Virus record (IMG/VR): IMGVR_UViG_3300005573_000062
Coordinates: 32,001-96,000 of that record
Source of the DNA: a virus
Length of the DNA stretch: 64,000 bases
Reading direction: 5' to 3' (one strand)
The notes under the pieces are model-generated. The model was not told where the DNA came from and made no database searches. It worked only from the letters and a program-made list of their open reading frames with translations. Shown here piece by piece: positions 20,034 to 30,064 of the stretch (its first letter is position 1; each line of letters opens with the position of its first letter). Both the position numbers and the translations under genes were made by a program.

Positions 20034-21047
20034 ATGGGATATCCTTTTTATGGAGTATACCTATACAATACTCCATATGTATATTATGGGCCAGATGGAA
20101 TAATAACATCATTAACTCAGAATCTTTATTATCATATTAATGCTGATCCAACTATTTATACTTTTTATTGGGTTATTCCAGAGGATTTGATAGATCTATC
20201 TGTGGAAAATATAGAATGGAAGATATGGATTTCAGAAACCCCCTTTTTTCAAATCTACGATGAATATACAAAGGATACTCCTGGGGTTGTATATCACAAT
20301 CAGGGGCCGGTTAGAGGATTTGATATCGGTTTATTAAACGGGAATAGAGAGTATGAAGACAGAGTATTTTATGTTAAAATGTTAAATAGTATAGGGTTTG
20401 AAAGTGCAGCATTACAAGTGATCGTTCCCAAAGACTATACTGAAGAATTTGCTGAAAGATTATTACTGAATACCCCAGTTTCGAATATATATGATCGAGA
20501 CTTATTAAAACTGTCGATAGAACAAAGAACAAAAAAGTATTATGCAGTATTATTTAGAATGCTTGGAGAAAATTTCGATATTTTAAATATGGCGATTAGA
20601 AAAGCTATCTATGATACTTCTCTATACTTATGCACAGATGAAGTTTTATATGAAAATTTTGGAGCCCCTTTTGGATGGGAAAAACCAGAAGGAATGGATT
20701 TTTTATTGTATAGACATATAATTCAAGGAGTGTATGAAAGTGTTCAGTATCAAGGAACTCCTCAATCGATTATAGAAATAATAAAAAGATTTACAGGGGT
20801 ATCTCCCGATATAATTCCATATAGCAATCTAATAAATTTTATTTGTGTAGATAATCAGAGTGACGAAAAAGTTTCTTTTGTAAAAGATTCTATAGGAGAT
20901 TTATATATTATATCAAGAGCAGCAGCAGGATTTGGTATTAAAATAAAAGTTAATAATGATGGAAATTTCGTGATTGATATTCCTAGTTTAAAATATTTGT
21001 TAAATAAATTTATTCCTTGTCATATTTATTCAACGGTGAGAACATGA
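20034..21047 (+). CDS. baseplate wedge protein (P2 gpI-like)
   Basis: LYENFG..FG, YR..I and GT..SI...IKRFTG pattern. Confidence 0.6.
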   Translation: MGYPFYGVYLYNTPYVYYGPDGIITSLTQNLYYHINADPTIYTFYWVIPEDLIDLSVENIEWKIWISETPFFQIYDEYTKDTPGVVYHNQGPVRGFDIGLLNGNREYEDRVFYVKMLNSIGFESAALQVIVPKDYTEEFAERLLLNTPVSNIYDRDLLKLSIEQRTKKYYAVLFRMLGENFDILNMAIRKAIYDTSLYLCTDEVLYENFGAPFGWEKPEGMDFLLYRHIIQGVYESVQYQGTPQSIIEIIKRFTGVSPDIIPYSNLINFICVDNQSDEKVSFVKDSIGDLYIISRAAAGFGIKIKVNNDGNFVIDIPSLKYLLNKFIPCHIYSTVRT

Positions 21048-22807
21048 AAAAAGAAAATTGGCAAAACGGACAACCTATTATTACAAATGATCTAGTATGG
21101 GCTTCAGAATCAAAAGAAGAAGCTATAAAAGAAAGATTAACAGATTTTGTGTCTAAAGGGGTAGTAGACAACAGCCAACTAAATGGAGAATCTATTCCTT
21201 TTGAAATCTATAAAGACGACGATATCCACTTTACAGTTAAAACTGGGGTAGGATTTTCTTTAACTGGAGAAAGAATCTTAATAAATCAAAATACTCCATA
21301 TAATGAAAATAATCCAAATCATACATCAGATGATGGACATGGAAATCAGATTTCTACTCCTCAATCAACAGGAAATCAATATATTCCTATTTTAAATCAA
21401 CCTACAATATATGTATGGATAACATATTTAGAAACAACAAATTTAGAATCCCAGTGGATACGAGTAGCAGATGATGGACAAACTTTATTATATGTAAAAA
21501 AAGAGGATGGATATAAAATAGAACAAACAACTACTTCCACTCCTCCAGACAATAATAATTCTATTTTATTAGGAACGATAACAACAGATTCTCAAGGAAA
21601 AATAAGTACAATAGATTATTCATTGAGAGAAAAAGCTACTATAAATGCTAGAAAAGTATCTGGAAATATCGGAACAATCAATGATCGTCCTTCAACATAT
21701 CAGGGAAATGTCAATATACAGGATCATCTATACTCTATAGGTTCTGGAATTGTTACCCCTTTCAACCCACATGGGTTGTCAGCCCAAGACTTAGGAATTG
21801 AATTACCAGAAGGGAAAGAACATCAATCTAAATTTCACACATCTGGGATTTTTTCGAATGATCCCAATTCAACTTCATTTGCTTTATACGGAATAGCTAC
21901 TGTAGAAAGTGCAACAAATAAAGATATATTTAGAATAAAAGCATTGAGTAGTTATAAAAATGAAGGGGTTTTAATAAACGGAATTTATATAGATCCTAGT
22001 ATATTATATAATGATACTACTTTTACTTTTGATACCCAAAATGCTGGATTATATTTATTTGTTTTAGATTCTACTCAGAAAAAAATTATTATGCTTGGAC
22101 CTTATACTGGTGAAAATGATCCAAATTATTCAAATTCATTAAATAATATAAATTACTTACCTTTATGGCAAGTATGGTGGGTATCAAATCCAAATCCAGA
22201 AGATCAAAATAATTTTGATTTAGTGAATACTAAAGATTTAAGAGTATTTGGGAATACTTCTGAATATAATATCCAGGGGCATATAATCAATGGGTTATTA
22301 GAAGGAGCATCTTTTACTAATAGAAATACGACAATATATTATGCCAGAGTTATTGGAACCCAATCTAATAATCTATTCAATGTCGTCGGACAAGATATAT
22401 CGATAAAGATCGACAATGGTGGACAACAAAATTGGACTTTTGTTGGAAAAGGATCATTATCTATTGACGGAGTTATTTATCAGCTGAATTCAAATATAAC
22501 TGGATTATTAGCAGAAAAAACAAAAGACAACAAAATTAAATTATTAGCAAAAACTAAAATAGAAATAGTAGAAGGAAGTGCTTTACAAAATCTTGGATTT
22601 ACTTCAGGAACGATAGATAGCGGAGATCCGAAAGAAATAAAAAGTATCGGTGATTTAATACCTTCTAGTTTAGAAATATATTATAATCAATCTGATCCAG
22701 ATAAATTAGATTATTTAATTTTTTCGTCTAATAACAAAAGGTTTAAAGAACAAATAATATATGATTCTGAAGATAATATAATTGGAGTAACTAGTACACA
22801 AATATGA
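21044..22807 (+). CDS. baseplate/fibre attachment protein (paralogue B1)
   Basis: Start reassigned to ATG 21044 (MKKENWQNGQ). N-terminal ~300 aa is paralogous to 25847-27574; contains an NPHGL motif. Confidence 0.6.
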   Translation: MKKENWQNGQPIITNDLVWASESKEEAIKERLTDFVSKGVVDNSQLNGESIPFEIYKDDDIHFTVKTGVGFSLTGERILINQNTPYNENNPNHTSDDGHGNQISTPQSTGNQYIPILNQPTIYVWITYLETTNLESQWIRVADDGQTLLYVKKEDGYKIEQTTTSTPPDNNNSILLGTITTDSQGKISTIDYSLREKATINARKVSGNIGTINDRPSTYQGNVNIQDHLYSIGSGIVTPFNPHGLSAQDLGIELPEGKEHQSKFHTSGIFSNDPNSTSFALYGIATVESATNKDIFRIKALSSYKNEGVLINGIYIDPSILYNDTTFTFDTQNAGLYLFVLDSTQKKIIMLGPYTGENDPNYSNSLNNINYLPLWQVWWVSNPNPEDQNNFDLVNTKDLRVFGNTSEYNIQGHIINGLLEGASFTNRNTTIYYARVIGTQSNNLFNVVGQDISIKIDNGGQQNWTFVGKGSLSIDGVIYQLNSNITGLLAEKTKDNKIKLLAKTKIEIVEGSALQNLGFTSGTIDSGDPKEIKSIGDLIPSSLEIYYNQSDPDKLDYLIFSSNNKRFKEQIIYDSEDNIIGVTSTQI

Positions 22808-23571
22808 TTTTAAAGGTATTATATGTTATTTTAAAGAAAGCATTAACTAAGATAAATTGGATAATTGACAATCTTATAAATTATCATAGTATAACTATTA
22901 CTAGTAGTCAATCTTTTACTGTACCTGATGGTGTGGATACTCTCTATATAACTGCATGCGCTGGAGGGGCTGGGGGAACGGATGGAAATCCAAGTCCAGG
23001 AAATAAATTGGATGGAGGTGGTAGTGGAGCTTTTTGTGTAGATTATCCTATACAGGTATATCCAAATATGACATTAAATATTGTGATTGGTAATGGTGGT
23101 AGTGTTGGGGTGATAGGAGAACCTACATATATAAGATATGGAGATTCATCATCAACCAGTTATCTTTTATATTTAGGAGGAGGAGGAAATCCATCCTCAG
23201 GAGTTAAAACATACGGAGGAACTTTTTTAGGAGTAATAATACTTCCATCAAGTAATGGGGGGACTTATATTACTATGTCTTACCCAGATGATTCTATATT
23301 ATATCAGTATGGATTTCCTGGCGCAGGAGGAGGATCAGCAGGAGCAATTGGTACAAATTCTCCTGGAAAGTGTGGTAATCCTAATATTCCTAATTATGGA
23401 GATATGATTGGAGGATACCCATTTTTTTCGGATTTATCAGGGGCAGGAGGAATGGGAGCACTTAAAGAAGCAAATGGAACAACACACCCAGCACAACCTG
23501 GTAAAAATGGATTTATGAAAATAAAATATTTTACTAAGAAAAAAGCAAAGTTATTAGAAAAAATAATATGA
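22804..23571 (+). CDS. glycine-rich virion protein (paralogue C1)
   Basis: FTVPDGV...ITACAGGAGG..GGGSGA glycine-rich domain. Confidence 0.7.
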   Translation: MILKVLYVILKKALTKINWIIDNLINYHSITITSSQSFTVPDGVDTLYITACAGGAGGTDGNPSPGNKLDGGGSGAFCVDYPIQVYPNMTLNIVIGNGGSVGVIGEPTYIRYGDSSSTSYLLYLGGGGNPSSGVKTYGGTFLGVIILPSSNGGTYITMSYPDDSILYQYGFPGAGGGSAGAIGTNSPGKCGNPNIPNYGDMIGGYPFFSDLSGAGGMGALKEANGTTHPAQPGKNGFMKIKYFTKKKAKLLEKII

Positions 23572-24503
23572 ACTATTTTCTTATCAATTTAAGTCAAAAA
23601 ATTTTAAAAATAATCAAATTTTTAATTTCATTATTTTTTACTTCAACAACTAAACATGAATTGATTTTTTATCAAAGTGGATTTTTTAGAGTGCCTGATA
23701 ATGTAGATACAATATATATAACTGCTTGTGCTGGAGGAGGTTCTGGGGGTAGTTTATATAATGTAGCAGGAGGGTTGAGAGCATGTGGAGGAGGAGGTAG
23801 TGGAGCCTATTGCGTAAATTATCCACTTAAAGTTATTCCAGGTTCTGAAATAAGCATAATAGTCGGAGCAGGAGGAATAGCTCCTACTACAAGTAATGGA
23901 GGAAGTAATGGAGGAAATACATATATTGAAAATATCGCATTAAGAGGAGGAAGAGGCGGAAAATCAGATTCAGATGGTAGAGGAGGAGGAAATGGGGGAT
24001 TTGTTTGGAATTTCCCAGAAAGTCCAGGAGGGACAGCTGGGCATGACGGATCTGACGGAGGATTTTTATTTAATAAATCAACTTATTATCATTATAACTA
24101 TTTGAAATATTTAAGAGATACTTTATTTTTTACTTATTGTTTTCCTGGTGCTGGAGGAGGTGGAGGAGATTCATACGTAACTACTCAAGGAAAAGGAGGT
24201 AGGTGTGGAGATCCATCTTCTTATGATTTACCTTCTACTCCTACTTCTGGAGATTATCCTGGAGGAGAAATATGGCAGTATGCTATGTCAGGAGGTGGAG
24301 GAGCAAGTTCACCTTGGGGGAAAGGAGGAAAAGGAAGTGGTTTTAATTCAAATGGAAATTTAGTACCTCCTGAAAACGGTTCAGGATACGGTTCTGGAGG
24401 TGGAGGAGCCGCTATACCTGCCGGTTCAACATGGGGATATTCACAAAAAGGAGGTAATGGAGCTCCAGGATTTGTATATATCAAATATTATCAACCGATT
24501 TAG
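23568..24503 (+). CDS. glycine-rich virion protein (paralogue C2)
   Basis: Same domain; blocks of nucleotide identity with the next gene. Confidence 0.75.
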   Translation: MNYFLINLSQKILKIIKFLISLFFTSTTKHELIFYQSGFFRVPDNVDTIYITACAGGGSGGSLYNVAGGLRACGGGGSGAYCVNYPLKVIPGSEISIIVGAGGIAPTTSNGGSNGGNTYIENIALRGGRGGKSDSDGRGGGNGGFVWNFPESPGGTAGHDGSDGGFLFNKSTYYHYNYLKYLRDTLFFTYCFPGAGGGGGDSYVTTQGKGGRCGDPSSYDLPSTPTSGDYPGGEIWQYAMSGGGGASSPWGKGGKGSGFNSNGNLVPPENGSGYGSGGGGAAIPAGSTWGYSQKGGNGAPGFVYIKYYQPI

Positions 24504-24506
24504 ATT

Positions 24507-25433
24507 ATGAATTATTTTATATTAAGACTTAGTAGAAGGTTGTTAGAACTTTTAGAATCTATAACTTCATTATTTTTTACTTCGACAATCAAACATGAAT
24601 TGATTTTTTATCAAAGTGGATTTTTTAGGGTACCTGACAATGTAGATATAATATACGTAACGGCGATAGCAGGAGGAGGATCTGGATGTACTTTTATTAT
24701 GAGTGGCTACCATGGTGGTGGCGGAGGAGGAGGTAGTGGAGCGTATTGTGTAAATTATCCACTTAAAGTTATTCCAGGTTCTGAAATAAGTATAATAGTC
24801 GGGGCGGGAGGAACAGCTCCTGGAAGTACAGGAGGAAGTAATGGAGGTAATACCCAATGTGCAGGATTAATTCTTTTAGGAGGACAAGGAGGGCAACTAA
24901 GTACTAATCCAGAAGGAGGAAATGGAGGTTCAGTTTGGGATTTTCCAGGAGCTTCTGGAGGAAATTCAGGAAAAGATGGAGTTAATGGCGGATTTCTTTT
25001 TAATAAAACGTATACAGATAGTCACTATTATTCATTGTATCATTTAAAAGAATTTGAAGATCTTAATTTTTTTACTTATAGCTTTCCTGGTGCTGGAGGA
25101 GGTGGAGGATGGCCAGGTCCTGGAGGTTCATCTGGTTCAGGTGGTAAATGTGGAGATCCATCTTCTTATGATTTACCTTCTACTCCTACTTTTGGAGATT
25201 ACTCTGGAGGAATAGGTGGATCAGGAGGATATTCAGGAGGCGGAGGAGCAAGTTCTCCTTGGGGGCAAGGAGGAAAAGGTGGAGTTAATTATAACGAACC
25301 TGGAGGTTATCCTCCTGAAAATGGTTCAGGATATGGTTCTGGAGGGGGTGGGGCAGGAGTAGATAATTGGGGTACAACAGGAGGTAATGGAACTTCAGGA
25401 TTTGTATATATTAAGTATTATCAACCTAATTAA
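24507..25433 (+). CDS. glycine-rich virion protein (paralogue C3)
   Basis: Tandem duplicate of C2. Confidence 0.75.
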   Translation: MNYFILRLSRRLLELLESITSLFFTSTIKHELIFYQSGFFRVPDNVDIIYVTAIAGGGSGCTFIMSGYHGGGGGGGSGAYCVNYPLKVIPGSEISIIVGAGGTAPGSTGGSNGGNTQCAGLILLGGQGGQLSTNPEGGNGGSVWDFPGASGGNSGKDGVNGGFLFNKTYTDSHYYSLYHLKEFEDLNFFTYSFPGAGGGGGWPGPGGSSGSGGKCGDPSSYDLPSTPTFGDYSGGIGGSGGYSGGGGASSPWGQGGKGGVNYNEPGGYPPENGSGYGSGGGGAGVDNWGTTGGNGTSGFVYIKYYQPN

Positions 25434-25442
25434 GGAGTTAAT

Positions 25443-25850
25443 ATGTCAAATTATGCAATAATAAAAGATAATAGAGTAATAAACGTAATAGTAGCAGATC
25501 AATTATTTATCAATAAATGGCTTCCTATGAGTGGTTTTGATTTAGCGATATTACAGGATAAAGAAAAAGGACATATTGGACAATTATATAAAGATAATAA
25601 ATTTTATGAATTATACACAGTAAAAGAAGATTTTTCAAGTCAAATAGATGGAAATAAAAATATCTTCACTCTTTCAAAAATACCAATGAAAGATTATGAA
25701 ATTCCAGGAGGTAAAGAAGATATAAATGTAATACTAAATGATAAAAATATAGACTTTAATTACGAAAATAATAGTATTATTTTATCTACTACCCCACAAA
25801 AAGAAGATATATTAATAGTTTTTTATAAGACAGTACGAGAAATAATATGA
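25443..25850 (+). CDS. fibre assembly/accessory protein
   Basis: MSNYAII....V.NVIVAD..F start typical of genes following Gly-rich fibres; C-terminal Ig-like domain. Confidence 0.6.
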   Translation: MSNYAIIKDNRVINVIVADQLFINKWLPMSGFDLAILQDKEKGHIGQLYKDNKFYELYTVKEDFSSQIDGNKNIFTLSKIPMKDYEIPGGKEDINVILNDKNIDFNYENNSIILSTTPQKEDILIVFYKTVREII

Positions 25851-27574
25851 AAAAAGAAAATTGGCAAAATGAACAACCAGTTTTAACTAACGATTTAACA
25901 TGGGCTTCAGAGTCTAAAGAAGAGGCTATTAAAGAAAGAACTATTGACTTTTTTCAGAGTGGAGTAATTAAAAATTATTTAAATGAATTCGTATTTGGAG
26001 TAAATTCAGAAGATCCAACTTCATTAGATGTAAAGACCGGAGTAGCATACAACAAGGACGGAGAAAGAATAATAATAGATACTCTTATACAATATAATCC
26101 AGACGCTCCTAATACATATTCTCCTGATGGACTTGGAGGATTTGTATTAACACCTCAATCAACTGGATCATTAAAAATACCGATAACAGCAAATAAATAT
26201 ACTTATATATTTATCTCTTATTTAGAAACAACAGATCCTAGTGTATATGTACTTCAATACGAAACGTCGAAAAGATTGTATACTAAACATTTAGACGGGT
26301 ATATAATAACTAAAGTAGAAAGTGATACAATTGTTCAAGATCCTTATTCTTCACTAGGAATAGGTGATAGTTATATCTGTTTAGGTTATGTTTATCGAGA
26401 AACAGGACAAAATTTAATTCCTACTAATTTCAACTATCAAAATAAAAAATATTTAATTCCTCAATCTGGATTAATTTCATTAAATAACGTTAAAAGCGAT
26501 AAAAGTGATAGAACTACTACATATGATTATAGTCAAACAATTTCTATAAATGATCATGTTAAAGCAGTCGGTTCTGGAACTATAACTCCTAATAATCCTC
26601 ATGGACTGACTTTAAATGACATCGGATTAGAGGTTGAAGTGCTTTCTAATCATGAGCAAGTATTTCATCAAACACAATTTTATAACGCATTAGGAATACC
26701 GACGGATAGTTTAGAAGTTTATGTTAATTACGTTAGTACTAGAACTGATGAGCTATATGTTAGAGAAATAGAAAAGGGGGATTATGTCTCAATAAATGGA
26801 AATCGAATAAGTAATCAGGATATTGATTCTGAAACACAAATATTATTATATAATGGTAGTGTATTACTATCATCTGGAAAATACATTGTTTATTTAGATT
26901 CAATAGATAAAAAAATTAAATTAGCGAGTGATGCAGATAATACAAATAAAAATTATATAGTAATATACAAAGAGATAACTACTCTTTTAAATGTTTCTCC
27001 ATTAAATGTCTTAGATGATCCTAATAACTTAAAATTGTATGAAGTTTATTTTTCTCAGACTAAAGACTATTCTAATATCGACGAAGTGCAAGGTTCTCCG
27101 GCAAATGGTTTATCCAACTTTTTATATAAAATAGATTTTAGAAAATTCAAGTTGACAAATTATTTTTCTTCTCCAACCTGGCTTAAATTTACTAAAACAT
27201 TTATTGATTTCAAAACTCAAACACAATTATATACTACTAAATCAAAATTAATGACACTTCCTCCTGGAACTTTTCTTCATTCAATTAAAATAAAACCAAG
27301 GGTTCCAATGATTACATCACCTAATCAGTCTGGGAATCCTTCTAATTTATCAATTGGAACAGATACTTCAAAAAATGAATTTACAATAGACTATGATATA
27401 AATGTTGCAGAATCAGATTCTAATTATCAACTTACAAATTTAAATCGTATTTACTCTAATAATTCATTCGATATTTATGCACATTTAACTGTATTAAATC
27501 CTCCAAGTCAAGGATTAAATACTCTCTTTCGAGGTGAGGTAGATATATGGATTTTAGTCAGTTCAACTTTATAA
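25847..27574 (+). CDS. baseplate/fibre attachment protein (paralogue B2)
   Basis: MKKENWQNEQP..TNDL.WASESKEEAIKER shared with B1. Confidence 0.6.
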   Translation: MKKENWQNEQPVLTNDLTWASESKEEAIKERTIDFFQSGVIKNYLNEFVFGVNSEDPTSLDVKTGVAYNKDGERIIIDTLIQYNPDAPNTYSPDGLGGFVLTPQSTGSLKIPITANKYTYIFISYLETTDPSVYVLQYETSKRLYTKHLDGYIITKVESDTIVQDPYSSLGIGDSYICLGYVYRETGQNLIPTNFNYQNKKYLIPQSGLISLNNVKSDKSDRTTTYDYSQTISINDHVKAVGSGTITPNNPHGLTLNDIGLEVEVLSNHEQVFHQTQFYNALGIPTDSLEVYVNYVSTRTDELYVREIEKGDYVSINGNRISNQDIDSETQILLYNGSVLLSSGKYIVYLDSIDKKIKLASDADNTNKNYIVIYKEITTLLNVSPLNVLDDPNNLKLYEVYFSQTKDYSNIDEVQGSPANGLSNFLYKIDFRKFKLTNYFSSPTWLKFTKTFIDFKTQTQLYTTKSKLMTLPPGTFLHSIKIKPRVPMITSPNQSGNPSNLSIGTDTSKNEFTIDYDINVAESDSNYQLTNLNRIYSNNSFDIYAHLTVLNPPSQGLNTLFRGEVDIWILVSSTL

Positions 27575-28506
27575 ATCGATTAAAATCAATTTATTATAAA
27601 CTTTTTCCTTCTAAAATAAAACTTTATCCTTCATCCTATCATATTTTATCTAATTATTATGATTCCTTTAATCTACAGATAAAAGAAGCATGGAAATACA
27701 CCAGAGGGACTGGAGTTAAAGTCGCGATTCTTGATACTGGAATAGATTTTAATCATTCAGATTTAAAAAGTGGAGTAATAAAAGTACAGGATATAACAAC
27801 AGATAGAAATCCATTAGATCGTGTAGGGCATGGAACTCACGTTGCAGGAATAATAGGAGCCAGAGGAAAGATGACTGGAGTTGCTCCAGATTGTGAATTA
27901 TATTCGATTAAGGTGTTAAATGATCAAGGGTCGGGTACAGATGAGTGGTTATATCAAGGAATTCTATCAGCTATAGATTTGAAAGTTAATATTATAAACA
28001 TGTCACTGGGAAGTACAATATACAATCCTAGGGTTGAAAGTGCAATAAAAAAAGCATACGACCAAGGAATAATACTTATTGCAGCAGCAGGTAATGACGG
28101 ATATGTAGGAAATGGGGTTGATACTATAGGATACCCAGCTAAGTTCGACGAAGTAATAGCAGTAGGAGCAATTGATCCAAATGGGAACAGAGCGTCTTTC
28201 TCTTCAGTCGGGAAAGAACTAGATATTTGTACTTTTGGAACCAATATCACAAGTACCTGGCCGAACAATTTATATGTTAAACTTTCAGGAACCTCGATGG
28301 CCTGTCCTTTTATAACTGGGGTTGCAGCACTAATCTATTCTTCTCACAACATTCTACGTATATCGAAACATGAAATTCAGAATACTCACGAAATGCTAGA
28401 CCACTTAAAACGTCATTGTATCGACCTCGGCCCTCAAGGGATAGATGAATTATACGGAAATGGAGCACTCAATCTAGCAGATCCAGATTCCTTCTTTAAA
28501 GACTGA
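27547..28506 (+). CDS. subtilisin-like serine protease (peptidase S8)
   Basis: Complete triad: ILDTG, HGTHVAG, SGTSMACP; oxyanion AAAGN. Confidence 0.93.
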   Translation: MDFSQFNFINRLKSIYYKLFPSKIKLYPSSYHILSNYYDSFNLQIKEAWKYTRGTGVKVAILDTGIDFNHSDLKSGVIKVQDITTDRNPLDRVGHGTHVAGIIGARGKMTGVAPDCELYSIKVLNDQGSGTDEWLYQGILSAIDLKVNIINMSLGSTIYNPRVESAIKKAYDQGIILIAAAGNDGYVGNGVDTIGYPAKFDEVIAVGAIDPNGNRASFSSVGKELDICTFGTNITSTWPNNLYVKLSGTSMACPFITGVAALIYSSHNILRISKHEIQNTHEMLDHLKRHCIDLGPQGIDELYGNGALNLADPDSFFKD

Positions 28507-28814
28507 TCATAATATTCTTTTTACATACTCCTAGGATTAACCCGTCACACCCAGATTAATTTTTGTTTTAAATTAATATTCTTTTATTATTTTTAAGTTT
28601 TATCTTAACCGGACATAATTCTTCAAATTGAGGACTAATCGCGCGTCGCCCGAAAAATCGCGGGGTTCAAAAGTGTCAAAAGGCCGTACACTCACAACCT
28701 TAGTTGGTTGTGAGTGGGAGGCTCGAATAGGAAGTGCCTTTTTTTTAAGGCAGTATCCAGGCTAAAGTAGGGGTATTTTAGTTAGATATATATTATATAA
28801 TATAGATTAGATAT

Positions 28815-29397
28815 TTATTTATTATTACTATTATTATTGATATATTTTTTTATATCAGTAGTATTTATATATTTATCTATATTAATAATAGAAATACTTT
28901 TTTTATTATGTTTATCTTTAATATTTCTATTAACGCGTACACGCGTATAATATATATTAGGGAGGTTTCCGAGTGAAAAACTCGGAGAAATGAAGACAGA
29001 TGATTGGGTTTTCATGTAGTTCAGGTATCCTTTTGATCCAGCAAGTTGATTTATGTTTGTTTTGATCGAGTATTTTCTGTTCATTTCAGTTCTCTACTTT
29101 TGATTTTTTTGAGAAGATTGTATTGGGTCTCCGATTACTAGACTGGGGGTCAAGATTCCAGATCTTGGCTAGTCGTCTAGGAAGAATCATAGGGGTATTA
29201 ACTTTGATTCGTTTAACTTCACGCAATAAGCGCTCTTCGAGATAACCGTAATCCTCGGCCACGGAATAAAACCACGCTTCCTGGGTATTAGCCGTTATCA
29301 TGAAATGCAATCTATCTGGGTTTTACACCTTTATCCTGCTTTTTGAGCAGTTGCCCAACAACTCGGGTTTTGGATTATAATTGGGAGAGTTCAGCAT
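28815..29397 (-). pseudogene. possible interrupted HTH/initiator-like gene
   Basis: ATG 29397 is in frame with ORF 29086-29310 but has an internal TAA (29325-29323). HTH-like RRLAKIWNLDPQS segment; adjacent N/I/K-rich ORF 28815-29084. Confidence 0.25.
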
Positions 29398-29622
29398 CCT
29401 AACTTCTTGATACCTATCCTCCTACAATTTTCTCAAAATTCTCTTTTCTGTACTTCCGGCGGAGAGAATTGAACCGTCTTAATTTTATAAGCAATATTAT
29501 ATTAAGATTTTAAAATTTATTCAACGACATTTTAAAATAGTCCCAGGATTAACCGGGCACTGCAGGCTTAACTTTTTTATGTTCTATATATAAATTCATT
29601 AAATTGCTATTTTTCGCTTAGA

Positions 29623-29651
29623 TTGAATGATTTTAAATTCTTTTATATAAT
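29623..29651 (+). promoter_or_regulatory. sigma70-type promoter (near-leaderless)
   Basis: TTGAAT-17-TATAAT, ATG 8 nt downstream, no RBS. Confidence 0.75.
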
Positions 29652-29659
29652 AAACAAAA

Positions 29660-30064
29660 ATGAGCAAGTATTTCGGCTTAATAAATCCAAAAAGATATTA
29701 TCATCTTCTGGGTCTCAAGACTGGTCTTTCTGAAGAAAAGATACAGGAGATCTTCGAGGCTCTGGTTGATCTGATTGATCAGGAATTCAATACTTCAGGA
29801 TATGCATACATTCCAAAGATCGCATTGCTTCGAAGGAAGGTACGACACAAAAGAGTCATGAAGGCTGGGTATTACCCGAGTTTTAACGAGCCAGAGGTAG
29901 ATCCCGAGACCGGCGCACTTAGACCGAAAATGAAATATTTTGAGGAACGGGTATACCCAGAGCGGGTTAGAGTCTGGGTAAGATGGAGCAACCCTTTTAT
30001 TGCTAGGTTGGTTCCGAAGCCTAAAGGATATAAACATAATGCAAAACGACATCAAAATTGTTAA
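29660..30064 (+). CDS. HU/IHF-like DNA-binding protein with extended arm
   Basis: KTGLS......FEAL.D.I.......G...IP helix/strand pattern and a basic arm. Confidence 0.6.
   Translation: MSKYFGLINPKRYYHLLGLKTGLSEEKIQEIFEALVDLIDQEFNTSGYAYIPKIALLRRKVRHKRVMKAGYYPSFNEPEVDPETGALRPKMKYFEERVYPERVRVWVRWSNPFIARLVPKPKGYKHNAKRHQNC

Larger units (their letters stand above)
28507..29659. other. gene-poor control region, candidate replication origin
   Basis: About 150 nt of near-pure A/T (28780-28930), several inverted repeats, flanking imperfect direct repeats; directly upstream of the replication genes. Confidence 0.45.

Noticed and set aside
22804-25433. Diversity-generating retroelement TR/VR pair
   Set aside because: Both copies are full coding paralogues, differences are not adenine-specific, and no reverse transcriptase is in the window.
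28507-29659. tRNA, tmRNA or CRISPR array in the intergenic region
   Set aside because: No cloverleaf with T-loop/CCA and no regularly spaced repeats were recognised by eye; a covariance-model scan is needed to exclude them fully.
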